Positions 10,732 through 24,629 are shown, numbered from the stretch's first letter. The stretch is 64,000 nt of DNA from Macrostomum lignano (GCA_002269645.1 NIVC01000822.1:310001-374000); one strand, 5' to 3'. Notes: a model not told the origin generated them from the letters alone. Made by a program: numbers and translations.

Positions 10732-12262
10732 ATGGCCACTTTTGCCACCATTCCTAAAGAAACTGACCCGGTCGCCTCTGGCCCACCGAGATCAGCCGCT
10801 CCGGTAGCTACCACTTGTAGCTCCAACGCCCAACCTGGTCCAACCGGGCCAGCTGACGCTGCCGCCGATCACCCTGGCCGCCACTCTAGCCGACCGCGCA
10901 CGGCCGAGTCCCGACGGCAGCGAAACATCCGCCGCAACCGTAAGCGGCAGGAGAAGCGGGCTGCTGTTGCGTCCGCGGAGGGAGGGCAAGCCGCGGTGAG
11001 GCCTTCGGGAGCCACCGCAGCGGGGAGGCCCTCTGGGGAGTCCGGTGGCGCGGCTGGGCCGTCAGGAACCGCCGTGTCCTCGGACTCTCAGGGGGGCAAC
11101 CCTGCCGGCCTACCGCCTTCCAAGGACAAAGCGGCCCCGCTCAAGACCTCCAAGTCCTACGCCTCCAAGGTCAAGCAGCCGCTGCAACCCGCCGTGATGA
11201 TCCTCGGCGGAGATTTTGACCTGACGCCCGAGCAGCTCGACGTCGCGTGGGCACCATCGACGAGGGCTTGCTTGCTCAACCTAACCCTGGAGGGCATCTT
11301 CGTGGACATCATCAAGTCCACCAAGGCGAACGGGTGCATCCTACTGTGGTGCAAATCCGAGGAAAGCACCCAGCTCCTGCGGGATCAGCTGCCCAAGTTC
11401 GACTGGCACAGCGACCTGGGCCAGCTGACCTTCGCCTTGGAGAGCGAGCGGCCGAAGACCATCCGCCATCGGATTTGGGTCCCGGCCGACAGTGCAATCA
11501 AGTCCGGGGAGCAGCTGCGGCAGCTCCTGCTCAAGCGGCACCCGGATCTCGACGCTAGTGGTCTTGTGTACCACAGCACGGTCCGCAAGGGCACGATCGG
11601 GGCCACAGTCATCCTCGGCCTGACGGAGGGATGGGCCAAGCGGCTACCGCACGGCACAAACCTCCACCTTGGTCTCCATCAACTGACCATCCTCCGCTGT
11701 GAGGAGGGCAACGGAGACCAAGAACGGCGGGAAGCGCGCCGCTCCCGGAGTTGGGGCTCAGGCCCCGCCGGCCAAGCGGCAGCAGCAACCCGATCCCGAA
11801 CCTAACAAGGCTATTCGCGCTGCTGAATCCGCCTCGCGCGGACGTAGACCCGCCCGCAGTAACCGGCGGTCCGGGCTAATCCAGCGCGCACTTGACGAAG
11901 CTCAGTCTCTCAGACTTCACCTCGAGCAGACTCGTGCTGCTCGCAAAAACACCGAAAGCCAGCCGAGAGAACTGGACGACGGCATGGCTCAGCCTTCCAA
12001 CTGGTGGGATTACCACCAGGAGGACGCTGCCGGCCGAGCTCAGACTCCCGACGGCGGGGCGCAAGGCGAAGGCAGCAGCCGTACCCCAGTCGCTGGGGGG
12101 GAGGGTGGTGTAGCGCGGCTAGGTGACTCACCTGCCGTGGGCGCCCATTCCGCCTCCGCGGCGGCTAGGGAGGCGGCTGAGCCTGAGCCAATGGAAATTG
12201 GCGACTCAACTCTCACCGATGAGGCTGAGAATGAGTTGCTTTTCTCCTCCCCTGGACAGTAG
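10732..12262 (+). CDS. LINE ORF1 (DUF4780-like nucleic-acid-binding protein), split by a frameshift near 11700-11800
   Basis: Basic low-complexity N-terminus then 'HRIWVPADS...LLKRHPDLD...GATVILG', resembling LOA/Lian ORF1; continues in ORF 11699-12262, which stops 3 nt before ORF2. Confidence 0.6.
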
Positions 12263-12264
12263 AC

Positions 12265-15200
12265 ATGACTGTCTCCCAGGGCATCCACTGCTTGCAGGTC
12301 AACCTGAAGCACAGCATTGCTGCTTCAGTCAACCTCTTGAAGCACACTTACTAACTGACAAGTGACAACCGACGGCGAGATGATCCCAGTAGAGCGTGTC
12401 ACACTGGTCGAGCTCTGCTCCACCAGAAATTATGTGCTGCTTGTGGCAGGCGACATCAATGCCCACCACACCCACTGGGGCAGTTCTGATATAAACCAGA
12501 GAGGTGAAGACTTTCTGGCTTATATTGCTACTACAACCCTTGAGTTCTGTAACTCGGGTAGTACCCCTACCTTCAATAACGGACGCCGATCGGAGGTGCT
12601 GGATGCCACCCTCGCCACGCCCAGGCTCTTCCAGAGCACTAGGGAGTGGCGGGTGCTTTCTGAGGCGTCCCTCTCCGATCACAAGTTCATCTCTTTCACG
12701 CTGGCCAGCGCCCGAAACGCAGGCCAGCTTTACTGGAAACGGAATGCTAGGAATACCGACTGGATCGCCTTCAGGCTTGCCCTGGAGGAGATCTATCGTT
12801 GCACTAGCACTCCAGTCTCCATCAACACCTGCGAGGAAGCAGATGAATTTGCGGCCGCACTTACGGACTCGCTCACTGCTGCCTTCGAAGCCTCATGCCC
12901 ACTAAAGGCAAATAAAGGCAAACAGTCGGCCCCATGTTGGAACCCGCAGCTTGGTGACCTCCGTCGCAGAGCTAAAAGGCTTCACCGTAGGGTCCAAAAA
13001 ACTAAAAACCCGGCAGACCAAACCGCCTACCTGAACTCTATCCACGAGTTCAAGAGGCAGGTTAGGAACGCCAAAACCAACAAGTGGCGCGAATACTGTG
13101 AGGAACTTGAGGGCTCCCGCCCCACCTCCAGAATCGTTAAAGCCCTCACCCTGGACAAAATGTCCAAACTCTCCTCAGTCAAGAGAGCCGACGGCTCGCT
13201 CACTGAGAACCCTGGAGAAACACTGGAAGCGATGCTAACAGCGTTTTTCCCGAACGAGCCAGCCAGGCCCGACCCCCTGATCACTCAGTGGGCGGACACG
13301 TACTGGCTGACTCAATCATCACGGAGGACCGCGTTTCTAAAGCTGTCTCCTCCTTCAAACCCTTCATATCCCCAGGACCGGACGGCGTTGTGCCAGCCTT
13401 CCTGCGGGAGGCGGTGAAATGAACCGGTTTCCTGCAGAACCTTTGCCGGCTTCTGAAAGCTTGCATTGTTTTCGGCTTTGTTCCGAAACCCTGGACCGAG
13501 GCCAAAGTGGTCTTTATCCCCAAGCCCGGCCGATCGGACTACCGGTCTATTAAATCCTTCAGACCAATTAGCCTCACCTTCTCATTGGTGAAGCTGTTAG
13601 AGAGACTGGTGCTCTGGTGCCTCCTCTCTGTGGAACTGAAGAACAAGCCGCTCAGTGAGAACAAGCACGCCTTTCGGGCAGGCAGGTCCACGGAGAGCGC
13701 GCTTCACGTTTTGGTTGACATGCTGGAGAAAGCCGTTCTTGGTAATGGCTAAGCTCTCGCTTTCTTCCTCGACATTGTTGGAGCCTTCGATAATGTCCTC
13801 TTTGAGGCTTTTGACAGAGTTCTACGTGCTAGAGGAACCCACTCGCACCTCACCCGGTGGATCATGTATATGATCAGCCACCGTACTGCCACCGCACACC
13901 TGTTGGGCCACCAACGGACGGTAACCGTCTTCAAAGGCAGCCCCCAGGGCGGTGTCCTCTCTCCAGTTCTCTGGAACATGGTCATCGATGAGCTCCTCCA
14001 GGACAGCCATCTTGACCCCATCCTCAAGGTCGGTTACACCGATGATGTCACAGCCGTGGCATCTGGACCGTCACCTGAAACCCTTAGGGATCTGCTGCAA
14101 AACTTTATTCGCTCTGCTGAACAATGGGCGGACAGGTGCGGCCTCAGACTCTCTGAGACCAAAACTGTCGCGATCATGTTCACCAGCAGGGTAAACTGGC
14201 TTATTCGCCCACTAAAGCTTTACGGGGTGGAAATTCCATCCTGCAAGCAAACCAAGTGTCTCGGCGTTACGCTGGACCACCGGCTGAGCTGGTCCACATA
14301 CGTCCAGGCCAAAACCAAAAAAGCCCTCGCGATTCTTGCGCAGCTGCGCAGAGCCGTCGGCACCACCTGGGGCCTCACCCCAAAACGGCTCTGGTGGATC
14401 TACACCGCAATGGTCCGACCGGCCGTTACTTACGCCGGCCTGGTCTGGACCAGCGCCTTGCAGATTAAAACCTGCCACGAAGCCCTCAAAAAGGTGCAGG
14501 GACGTGCGTGCCGCATGATCCTGAATGCCCCGCTCTCTGCTCCCTTTGACGGCCTCAAAGCCTTTCTTTGCCTCCCGCCTCTGGACATCTTTGTCCGTCA
14601 CGAGGCTGCTAAAACCACCCGCCGGCTCATCGAGGCTGGCGTTAGCTTCAAGCCACAATTGTGATGGCGAAGCGCAAGCTCCTGACGCATTCTGACCTGT
14701 GCCTTTAAGTTCTGGAGGAGAGTGGGAGTGCGGCTGTCCTTTCGGACGCTGAGCCGCGCTCCCTCAATCTCTACCAACGCTTCAAGGTCACTATCCCCTC
14801 CAGGGAGAACGCCAACGACAGCTGGGCCCTCAGGAGGTTCACTGCTTTACTGACGGATCCTCCAAAGACGGTTTATCCGGCTTTGGAGTCTGCATCCTTA
14901 TTAACGGCCGCGTGATTGCTACTCACGCCCAACACACTGGCAGACTCTCCAGCGTCTTCCAGAATGAAGTTCTTGCCATCAGCTCCTGTGCAGCTGAGCT
15001 CCACTGCAGGGACTTCAAGGACAGAAGAATCTTCTTCCACTCTGACAGCCAGGCCGCTTTACAGGCCCTGTGTCACACCACTACGAACTCCCGAACAGTC
15101 CGCGACTGTATCGGGCAGCTCAACAAGCTGGCTCGGAGGAACAGCGTCCGGCTTATGTGGATCCCAGGACACGCCGGCTTCAAAGGTAACGAGCTCGCCG

Positions 15201-15727
15201 ACTCCCTCGCTAAGGCGGGCTGTTCCAGCTCGCCCCTTGGCCCCGTGCGCCTGGCCCCCATCCCCGCCACAGTCATTAATCGTCAGATTAACGACTGGGC
15301 GGACATCCTGCACTTGCGCAGATGGGATGGTATCTCCAACTGCCGCCAATCTCGTGCGGCAGTGCCCAATTCGTCCCTCAAGCTGCGGAGAATCCTTTTG
15401 AACCAAAATCGAAAAGATATCCGCGCTCTCACTATGACCTTCACAGGTCACGGTTGCTTTGCCAGGCACTGTTTCCTCCGAAGTTCCCGCCGGAGCGAAC
15501 TCTGCCCTTTCTGCAACCTCGAGAACGAAGACGCCAAGCACTTCGTCTGCTACTGCCCGGCCTTCAACCGAGACCGGCTCAACCACCTCGGGCCCAACCC
15601 GTCCCTGGTCGACGTTTGCCGGCCCGAGAACATCCCACGGCTCATCCGGTTCCTCCGGGCCACCAAGCGAGCCTCCGTCTTCCCTACCGAAGACAACGCT
15701 GCAGACAGGACCGGCAGACCTCCCTGA
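12265..15727 (+). pseudogene. LINE ORF2 (APE endonuclease, RT, RNase H, zinc knuckle), disrupted by a deletion, frameshifts and stops
   Basis: ATG at 12265; domains spread over ORFs 12362-13417, 13507-13752, 13864-14664 and 14912-15727. The catalytic motif reads YTDD rather than YADD. Confidence 0.85.
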
Positions 15728-15838
15728 CCGGCCCCGCGCCCTAGCCTATGCGGGTTTTTCAGGGATTAGCGAAATGGGCGACGCTCGCCTCCCCGCTGCG
15801 TCTTCGGACCGCCCTGCAGCTAAGTCAAGTAAGTCAAG

Positions 15839-17064
15839 CGGCTAAGACTGCCCGCCGTCTAGCTGACGCTGGCATTCGAATCCAGCCCCATAGGGCCATG
15901 GCTAAGCGCAAGCTTCTGCCCCACGCCGACCTCTGCCTCAAGGACTTGAGAGACAGCGGCGGGCTCCACGTCCTATCTGACGGCGAACCCCGCACTCTCA
16001 ACCTCTTTCAGCGCTACAAGATCACCATGCCCTCTAGGGATGCTGCCAATGACCACTGGAATTTCCAGGAGGTCCATTGCTACACGGACGGATCCATCAA
16101 AGACGGTCGCGCCGGCTTTGGGGTCTGCTTCATCATCAACGGCCGCGTAATTGCCACGCATGCCCAGCACACTGGTAGACTCTCCACAGTCTTCGAGAAC
16201 GAAGTCCTTGCCATCAGCTCTTGCGCTGCAGAGCTGAACGCCAAGGGTACGAGAGGAAAGACTATTGTCATCTACTCCGATGGCCAAGCGGCCTTACAGG
16301 CCCTTTGCCACACCAAAACGAACTCCCGGACAGTCGCCGACTGCGCTCGGCAGCTCAACCTCCTGGCCAGTAGCAATACTGTCAGGCTGAAGTGGATCCC
16401 AGGGCACGCAGGGTTTCCGGGGAACGAGCTGGCAGACACCCTCGCCAAGAGGGGCGGCTTTGGCTCTTTCTTCGGCCCTGCCCCCCCCCCGGTCCCTATG
16501 CCCTTGACAGTCATCAATCGTCAGATCGACGACTGGGCTGACTCCCTCCACAGGGACAGATGGGCGGGCACCCAAAACTGCCCCGGTAATCTCGTGCCGC
16601 GGTTCCTTGCCCGTCTCGCAGGCTCAGAAACATCCTTCTGAACCAGAATCGGAAGGATATTCGAGCCCTTGTCATGACCCTCACGGGCCATGGCTACCTC
16701 GCCAGGCAATGCTTCCTCCGAGGTGACCTCGAGAGCGAATTTTTCCCCTTTTGCGAGTGCGACAATGAAGATGCTCAGCACTTTGTTCGTCACTGCCCTT
16801 TCTTTACCAGAGACCGGCTACGCTACCCGTCTTGACGAGGTTTGCCAACCCGACAGCATCTCACGGCTCATCCAGTTCCTTCGGGTGACTAGACGAGCCA
16901 ATTTCTTCCCAACGGAAGATCACGCTGCAGGACGGACCGGCGGACCACCCTGACCGGCCCCACGCCTCTGCCTGTCTGCGGGCCTTCAGGGGCTAGCGGA
17001 ATGGGCGACCCTCGCCTCCCCGCTGTGTCTACGGACCACCCTGCAGCTAAGTCAAGTAAGTCAA
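15839..17064 (+). mobile_element. 5'-truncated second LINE of a diverged subfamily (RNase H, zinc knuckle, 3'UTR, (TAAGTCAAG)2 tail)
   Basis: Colinear with 14605-15838 but with many substitutions; 'CYTDGS', 'WIPGHAGFPGNELADTLAK'; identical tail. Confidence 0.9.
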
Positions 17065-18411
17065 GGGCCGAAAGCCGATTGAAAAAGCGAATAGTGGGGA
17101 ATTAGAATTACTGGTACATCTACTGCTCTGGCTTTGGATTGGAGTGTGAACGCGCGTTTATTATTACTGCTTGTGGTTGAACGAGTTAAATAATATAGCT
17201 AGCCCAATCAATCTGGATAGGTACGCGTATAATTAGATAAATAGCCTTTTAGACATTTTTGCCCCAGCAGCATCAACGTGTACTTGGATATCTAAACAAA
17301 ATTGAGCCAAAACTACGCGGGCATAAATGGCAGACAAACTTTGAAAAAGTGTCGACAAAAAATAACTGGTCACAAAAATTATCCGCATAAGCACATGAAA
17401 TAAATTGGTTACTGGAATGATATAGCTCGTAGAAAGATGCGTAAAAAATTGTTTAGTCACGGGCTCACACCTAAGAAAACGCTTAAATGTGCAAAATATT
17501 GAAATAATATATCAATTTGTTTTAGTGTACTCACAATGAAAAATGAGAGCAAAGAGTGGTTAAAAACTAAATTAAGTTACTATGTATTGAATTTAAAAAG
17601 GTAAATTTACTTAAATTTTAACTTTAAACAGGCAAGAATCAAACGAATTGTGGCTGTAAAAAGCCAATTAATTCGCGAGTTCTTGATAGCTGTTGATTCG
17701 GTGTGGACACAAAATTGCAGCTGAACATTTTTCTGAATGTCGAAACGATGGCTTGACACATGTGCAATAGCGATTAGTTAGTTCTGGCCATTATTCCCCA
17801 GTGCTAATAATAACACCAAGAATTTTAATCAATATGGTGATGGAAACTTGGTTGTAGATTTTTTACATAATATTTGGCTTAGGACCAAAATTTGTGCTAT
17901 TTTGTGCCTTTACCGCTTTACATGTATTTGGGTGCAACTAAGTGCAACAAAATACATGTACGGTCGTAGATTGCCTGGGAAAATATAGTTGAGTATTCAG
18001 GTTTAGTTATACGAGTATCTAGATTCCAGCTGTTACAGCAAAAAGCTAGATGTCAAAGATGCAAAGAAATATCGTAATTCAAATATTATTTTTGGATTCG
18101 GATTGTTATTTGTTATTTTAAAATGAGAATTATAAAAAAGGCTGCTTGCTTTAGCTAAAGCCTTTTTAACACGTCAAGCAGCGGCAAAGATCAATATTTA
18201 AGCAGCGAAACTAAGAATTTTAATATCAAGTTCTTTTTTGCTTGAGCCATCCACTGCATATCCGATATATATGAATATATAGCTAGCTATTTTTAATTTT
18301 AATTAATTGGATGCTTAAAAATTAAGGAAATATAGAAAAACGCGACAACGCATTTAGCACAAAAAGTATCTGCACACTGAACCTGTCTAAGCCTGCGAGT
18401 CGCTGCTACCT

Positions 18412-21400
18412 TTAAGAGAACAGCCATTTGGCTAGCCTCTCGATACCTCCTCGGATGTACGCAGTGATGCCATAGACGCTCGTCGGCTTCGGAAAAAACT
18501 CTTCGTACCTGCGGTAAACTCGGGTCTCGGTCTGCAGGAGTACGTTCAGCAGCTCGTCCTTGCCTAGGTTCTCAGCTCGGACAGCGAGCTCTCGAATATC
18601 CAGCAGTTGTTGGATTCGGTCGCGATACCCATCATCCTTGCTCATCTGCTCGGCGTCAATCAGCTTGTCAATGTAGTCAACCTCGTTCAGAGGGTCAGGC
18701 TTCAGAGCGATCTGCTGCAGGCGCCCGATGCACTTTTTGCTCTCCTTGACCAGCTGCATCACGTTGGCCTTCATCCCGAGGTACTCCTCATACACCCGCT
18801 GCGCCAGCTGCTTGGCCGACAGCAGTTTCCCCTCCGCATCGGTGTAGCGACCTTTCAGGTCATCCGACGTCTTTGTAACAGTTTGCTGAGTAATAACAAA
18901 TTTGTATGTCATGTTCTTGTGGACTGACCATACACAACCACTTTCGCACACGTGGCAATGGCCATCTTTCATCGCCACGCAGTGAATTTTGTCTGCATCG
19001 TCGGATAACGCACATGGATAGTGGCACGTCCTGTTGCACGTTAGACAGTTCGTGATGTAAGTTCCGGAAGGAATCGGCTGGCAGACTGCTGTGTCTTCCA
19101 CCACTGTGTATGTGAAGTTGCGGTTACGGTCCAAATCTGACTGGTGAGCCTTGATAACGGATATTTCGCGCTCCAGCTGATTCAACTTGTTCAGACCTTG
19201 ATCGATCTCCGCCTTGATGGCAATTAAGTGAGTCTGCAGTCTCTGTCGCTCACTCAGAACATCTTTGGTCAGGGTCAGGCTCTTTGCCGTAATCTTCATC
19301 AAGTGGGAGAAAAATCCTTGAAAGCTGTTTATTCCCATATCCCAGAACATTCTGTTGAACATTTGGCTCGTCTGGTCCATTTCCTGACACTTGGCAAATA
19401 CAGCAGAGTTGTTGAATTTGATGTGTAAATTGTAGCAGATCCTCGCTTCCTTAAGGGACTCGAGTACAGGAGGTATATTTGCATCAGCAAATGTGATTAG
19501 CATGTAGATGTTTTCGCCAATATCCTTACCGAACAGAGAGAGGATCGAGTCGAAAACGTATCGCTGCGTTGGCGTCAGTCTGGCGACACTCGAAGGCACC
19601 ACAAAGCCCACAGCATCCAAGTGATCAATGCCACTTGGACAAGAGAAGAACTCTCTGATTCGGTCGACAATCTTCTTGTCGTTCATGATGCCGCCAGTGT
19701 CACCAAATCCTGGCGTGTCCACCAGAGTCAACGAGCAAGGTTGCTGACAGCCATCGCGATGGTGAAATGTGTAGGATGTGACCCATTGAGTTTGACTCAT
19801 TGACTGAAATGTCTTAAGTTTCTTTTCCTTTGGATCTGTAACGACTCTGAAGCGAAACGGGTCTTCGTACTTCACACCGAAGATGTAGTTGACCATCGAG
19901 TTGATCAGAGTAGTTTTTCCAGAGCCAGTTTCACCAACGATCATAATCACTTTCTCATCAAATCCGGAGAAACTATCGCGTCCGAACTCCATTTTCCGAA
20001 CTTGGTGCACTGGATCACAGAACGTCTGGTCCATTTGCAACTCGTACTCAAGAGGCGGCGTAGCCTCAGAATCTAGTTTTAGAGAAGAGTTGAGCAAATT
20101 ATACTTCATTCTGTCCGCTAATGTCGATTTTACTTCATGGGTGACATTCCTTCTCTGCTCTCCAACAGAGTTATCTGAGAGCACTGCTGAAGCAGAAAAT
20201 GCACAGCAGCCATCTCCATTGACTTCGATGGGAACAGTCTTTTGCGAAGGATCAGCCTTAACATAAGTCTCATGGCCTGAGCTGTGTCCCTGCTCGAGCA
20301 CAGTGATTCGATAACCAACCAGACGGGCTTTTTGCTGCTGCAACACAGGCGGAGTCAGCTCTAGTTCCACACGAAATGGGGACACCTGCGTAACTGAAGC
20401 AATGTCCGGAGCGGCGCATGCCAATGTTGTCACCATCGGCAGATATTTCACTTCGCAGCGACCGAACATCCGAATGGTCTGATAGGACACCTGATAGGCG
20501 GTACCCATTTTCAACTGCTCAAGTCGAGCAATTCCACCGTTTGAGCCAAAGTTTTTGATGAGCTCCATCCACTCATTGCTGTGTTCTTCCTTGTAGCGAA
20601 TCGACACACCTTGAACTTCGTTTTCTTTAAAATCAGCAGCTCTCAGAGGTGAAAATAGCAGCTCAATTGCATTTGACACAGAACGCACGGAGCCAACAGA
20701 AAGGGATGCGGAAAAACTCTCAATAGAGAATAATATTGAGTCCAGGCGTTCAAGTACAATATGAGCACGAATTATTTTTTCGGCTTGCTGTTGCAACTTT
20801 ATGCAAAGATGCCAATCGTCTTGTTGATCATTAGCCTCAATTACTTTTAGCATAGCTTGCAAACTTTGGGTACAATCTTTGAGAGCAGTCGCAAGATCGA
20901 AATCCTCCCATTGCAGCAACTTTGGTGCGTTGGTTGGAAATACCAACGACACGGTGCAGCAGGTCTTGCCACCAGCTGGTTCAAAAGCTTTCGATTTTGA
21001 CAGCTGCGTTATAGCCGTTAAGACATCGAGAAACTCACCCAGCATTGGCAACCAGCTAAAGCTGGGAACGAAAGGAATGCAGTCCTTCAGAGATGCGGGT
21101 GTCTGGGTGCTGTTTCTAACTCGAACTTTGTTCACTGTAACATTATTCTGCACAAACTGCAAAGCTGTAGTCAGTGTTTTGCGTAGATACGGAACATCAT
21201 GTAGCACTTTGTAGCCCAGAAGCTCCTCAATACTTCGAGCCACCTTCTGACCTTCGTATAGCCGCTGCAGCACATCTGCACTGGTATTACACCCTTGAAC
21301 GGAACTCTGCTGCTTGCTGGCATCAAAAACTTTAAACAGATTGGCAGCATGAAGTGGTCCTTCGGGAGCAGCATCCATTTTTTCAAGAGAGTCTTTAAAC

Positions 21401-22021
21401 TCAGACAGACCCATTAGTATTACGGTGCCATTTAAAAATGTTTTAATCTTGGCCGTTTCAATGTCGCCATCGCCTGAAAATGAAAACATGGAACAACTAG
21501 TGAAAATTTAAAACAAAACATATTCTATGCTTTAATATCTTAGCGCGACATCAAAGGGTCGTACCTTTCACGATTCCACACAGCAGCCACCCTTGCGACA
21601 CGCAGGATACTTCACCGGGCTTTACACCTCCCTGATCAACTGCACTGGCAGAGACGCATTTTTCTTGGAGAACGCCTATCACTAGCTGCTTGGAGAAGTC
21701 GCAGTTGTCCCACAGGTAATGCAGCAGGTCTTGAAGCGAGCAGTTGACATTACTCGTACTTGGCGATGCGTGGCAAATAAGCTTCAGAGCCTGCAGAGAA
21801 GTCAGGCCGAGAGCAGCGACATCGCTTAGAAATGTGTCCGAGCTGTCAAAGAATATTTCTATTTTTTTGTTGCTGACCGCATCCTTGAGTCTGAACTCTG
21901 CTCCAGGGGAGGAATCGCCATGCGAACTCTCAATAAAGCTGTCCGACTCTACTGAGTATTGCTGACCCAGGTTAACTTGTCTGTCAAATGAATGCAGCCA
22001 AGCAGATTGACGGAATGACAT
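18412..22021 (-). CDS. Two-exon gene join(21565-22021,18412-21473), about 1172 aa: stonustoxin-like N-terminal domain + 2 FN3 + septin/AIG1-like GTPase + Cys-rich insert + coiled coil
   Basis: GT-AG intron 21474-21564 (91 nt, phase 1) joins ORFs 21551-22021 and 18412-21489 in frame. N-terminal 'SFDRQVNLGQQYSVESDSFI' resembles the SNTX ALGRPFxLGMLYDxRxD start (lower confidence). FN3-like 'YKEEHSNEW...LEQLKMGTAYQV'; G1/G3 motifs. Confidence 0.8.
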
Positions 22022-23399
22022 TTTTACTTCTGAAATATGATCATTGTGTTTAGAATTTAATATTCAATCAAGATTTTTTTGTATGAAACAGACACACAGG
22101 ACAGTTGGGTGTCTTAAATTCATTTACCACACTTTCCCAGATCTCCGTTTACCATCGGTTTTGAAATGCATGAAATTTTTTCCAAACCAATAGAACTAAT
22201 TTTCTGAAATCGATCCCATGCCTAGAAACAAACAACTCATTTTTAGTATATCACACTTACTATTAGGTTCTACCTATCTAAACCCTTGTTTAAATCATGA
22301 TATGTTCAAAAGAATTCAAATAATTTTTAGGGCTTCCCAAATTGAATATTTAAATTTTTTAGCAAAATTTAGCAACATTTTTTTGAAAAAGGTACTTTTG
22401 ATACGAAACAAAGTATGCATCAAACCTTAATTTAATCTAATAAATTTATAAACACGGCTGATTTTCTAATGATACATATTCGTTTCACTCATACTAACAT
22501 TTCTAGTGATAAGTGACAACCATATAATATATAAGACAAGGAAAATGTCTAAGTTTAATTCTATTATCTAAACATAACCTAAGATTAGGAATAATGTTAT
22601 CTACTATCCACCAACTTTAAGTGGTGTTTTATTCAAACTGTTAGTCTTTGCTCAAAAGAAATGTTCACACAGCATTGCAACGCAATCTGCAGTTGGGCCA
22701 TCACTGATTCACGATAACAAAATAATACATGTAGGTCATTTAAAATGATTCGGGGAAATTGGTTTCAGCGGTATTGTAAACCTGCTTTTACGCTTATGAA
22801 ATTGTTTAAAGTAAAAAAGTCGAATATTATATCCTACTATTTACTTATATTTTCTTTATTCTAAAACGATAAACATCCTCGCTATAAAAATAAAAGGCAT
22901 TAGCTCGTATAAAGATAATCAGATCTTGGTTTTGAATGACCACACTACTTAAGTATTCAAATGCATAAATACATACAGTGAATAGGTAGTTGAGTAGATA
23001 AATAAGTGTATAAATTAATCAGCAGAGGACTCAGTAGTGACTTATTTTTTATCCACGTACAACGTGCAAGTAAATCATTTGAAAACGATGCACAAAATCC
23101 AAAAGTGGTTTTAAATATGCAAGTTTGTACGCGGATTAACAAATATCAACGCACCGTTTTTATTACGTAGCTTTGCTTGAAATAAAATCGGTGGAATTTT
23201 TATATAATTTTTTTGTTTATTTTTGCACAAAATATAGACCTCGAGAATCGTATTTTCGCATTGAATAATAATGAGCATTTCAACTGCTCATTGAAAAGAT
23301 TCGCTTTCGCCAAAATGGATTTTTCCGTTTTAAAGCCCTGATTTTAGGTTAGGCGCACTCAAGATTCTATATTAGTGGGATCAACTGAAACCAGATCTA

Positions 23400-24450
23400 G
23401 CCAAAGTGAAGGCAATTCAGGACATGACACCACCACAGAATGTCAGTGAACTTGAGTCCTTCCTGGGTCTCGTTAACTTCAGCGGAAAGTTCATCAGAAA
23501 CTTAGCTGCACTGACCAAGCCGCTTAACCGCCTAAGGAAGAAAAATGAGGATTATGTGTGGACAACGGAGTGCCAGGGAGCATTCGACAAAATCAAGGCT
23601 GCACTCTCCGATCAATCGAGTCTCCAAATATTCGACCCCGAGAAGCCGATTGAACTGGAATGCGACAGTTCTCAGCGAGCTCTAGGTGGAGTGTTGACAC
23701 AAAGCGACCAAGTCGTGCTATACATGAGAAAAACATTGTCTGAAGCTGAGACAAAGTATTCGCAAATAGAACAGGAAGGTCTTGCATTGGTTTGGTGAAT
23801 TCAAAGATGTCATCGGTTCTTGTACGGCCGGAAGTTCACACTGATAACCGACCACCGACCGCTCACTTTTTTATATTCGCACCAGACATAGAGTTGCCGA
23901 CCAGAGTTTCAGTTCGATTGCTTTAGACACTTAGAGACAAATAAGAACTGTAGACACTCGTGGCCAGAACCGGATAATCCCTGGGAGCGAGTACACATCG
24001 ACTTCGTCGGCCCAATAGAAGAAAAATACCTACTCATACCTACTCATTGGATGCATACTCGAACTACCCCGAAGTGTTCATAACAAACGACATGAAGGCC
24101 CAGACAGTTATCACAAGACTTCGAAGACTATTCTCACAGTTGGGTGATAGTGTATCGTATCTGATAATGGCCCCAGCTTTGTTAGTGAAGCCGCGACCGG
24201 CTGGCTGGCCCAGATTGGCTGTGCGCACATCACAGCGCCCGCCCACCATCTCCAGAGCAACGGGATTGCAGAGCGGATCGTGAGGACTGTCAAGGACGCA
24301 ATCAAAACATCAAAACAAACGGTTTTTCGCAAAGGAGCATTGACAGATTCCTATTGTACTACAGAGCAGCCAAAGGGAAGCAGCATGCATCACCTTCCGA
24401 GCTACTGAACGGCAGGAAAATCCAACTGCCGATGTTGGAGAGCAAGGCTC
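23400..24450 (+). mobile_element. Degenerate Gypsy-type LTR retrotransposon pol (RT C-terminus, RNase H, integrase)
   Basis: 'VKAIQDMTPPQNVSELESFLGLVNF', 'ECDSS..ALGGVL', 'SEAETKYSQIEQEGLALVW', 'VHIDFVGP', 'DAYSNYPEV'. Confidence 0.85.
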
Positions 24451-24580
24451 AGTCCAAGTGGAACTCAGCAGGACAATCACTCATCTACCGCGCATATCGA
24501 ATTCTCACGAGCCACGAACTGTGCGATTCGTCAAGACGCTTGGCAGCAACACAGCAATCCTATATACTAAAAATGAAAAT

Positions 24581-24584
<4 letters not shown>

Positions 24585-24628
<44 letters not shown>
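24585..24628. repeat. (TTGC)n microsatellite
   Basis: About 11 perfect units. Confidence 0.9.

Positions 24629-24629
<1 letters not shown>

Larger units (their letters stand above)
10240..15838 (+). mobile_element. Full-length LOA/Lian-like non-LTR retrotransposon (5'UTR, ORF1, APE-RT-RNase H-CCHC ORF2, (TAAGTCAAG)2 tail)
   Basis: ORF1-like region 10732-12262; APE motifs 'QVNLKHSIAAS', 'GDINAHHTHWG', 'SDH'; RT 'GSPQGGVLSPVLWN' and 'YTDD'; RNase H 'DSQAAL', 'WIPGHAGFKGNELADSLAK'; 'CPFCNLENEDAKHFVCYCP'; starts immediately after TSD 10227-10239. Confidence 0.9.

Noticed and set aside
15748-16641. LINE with a duplicated RNase H domain in one ORF2
   Set aside because: The first element ends with its own 3'UTR and tail at 15838; the second RNase H belongs to a separate truncated copy.
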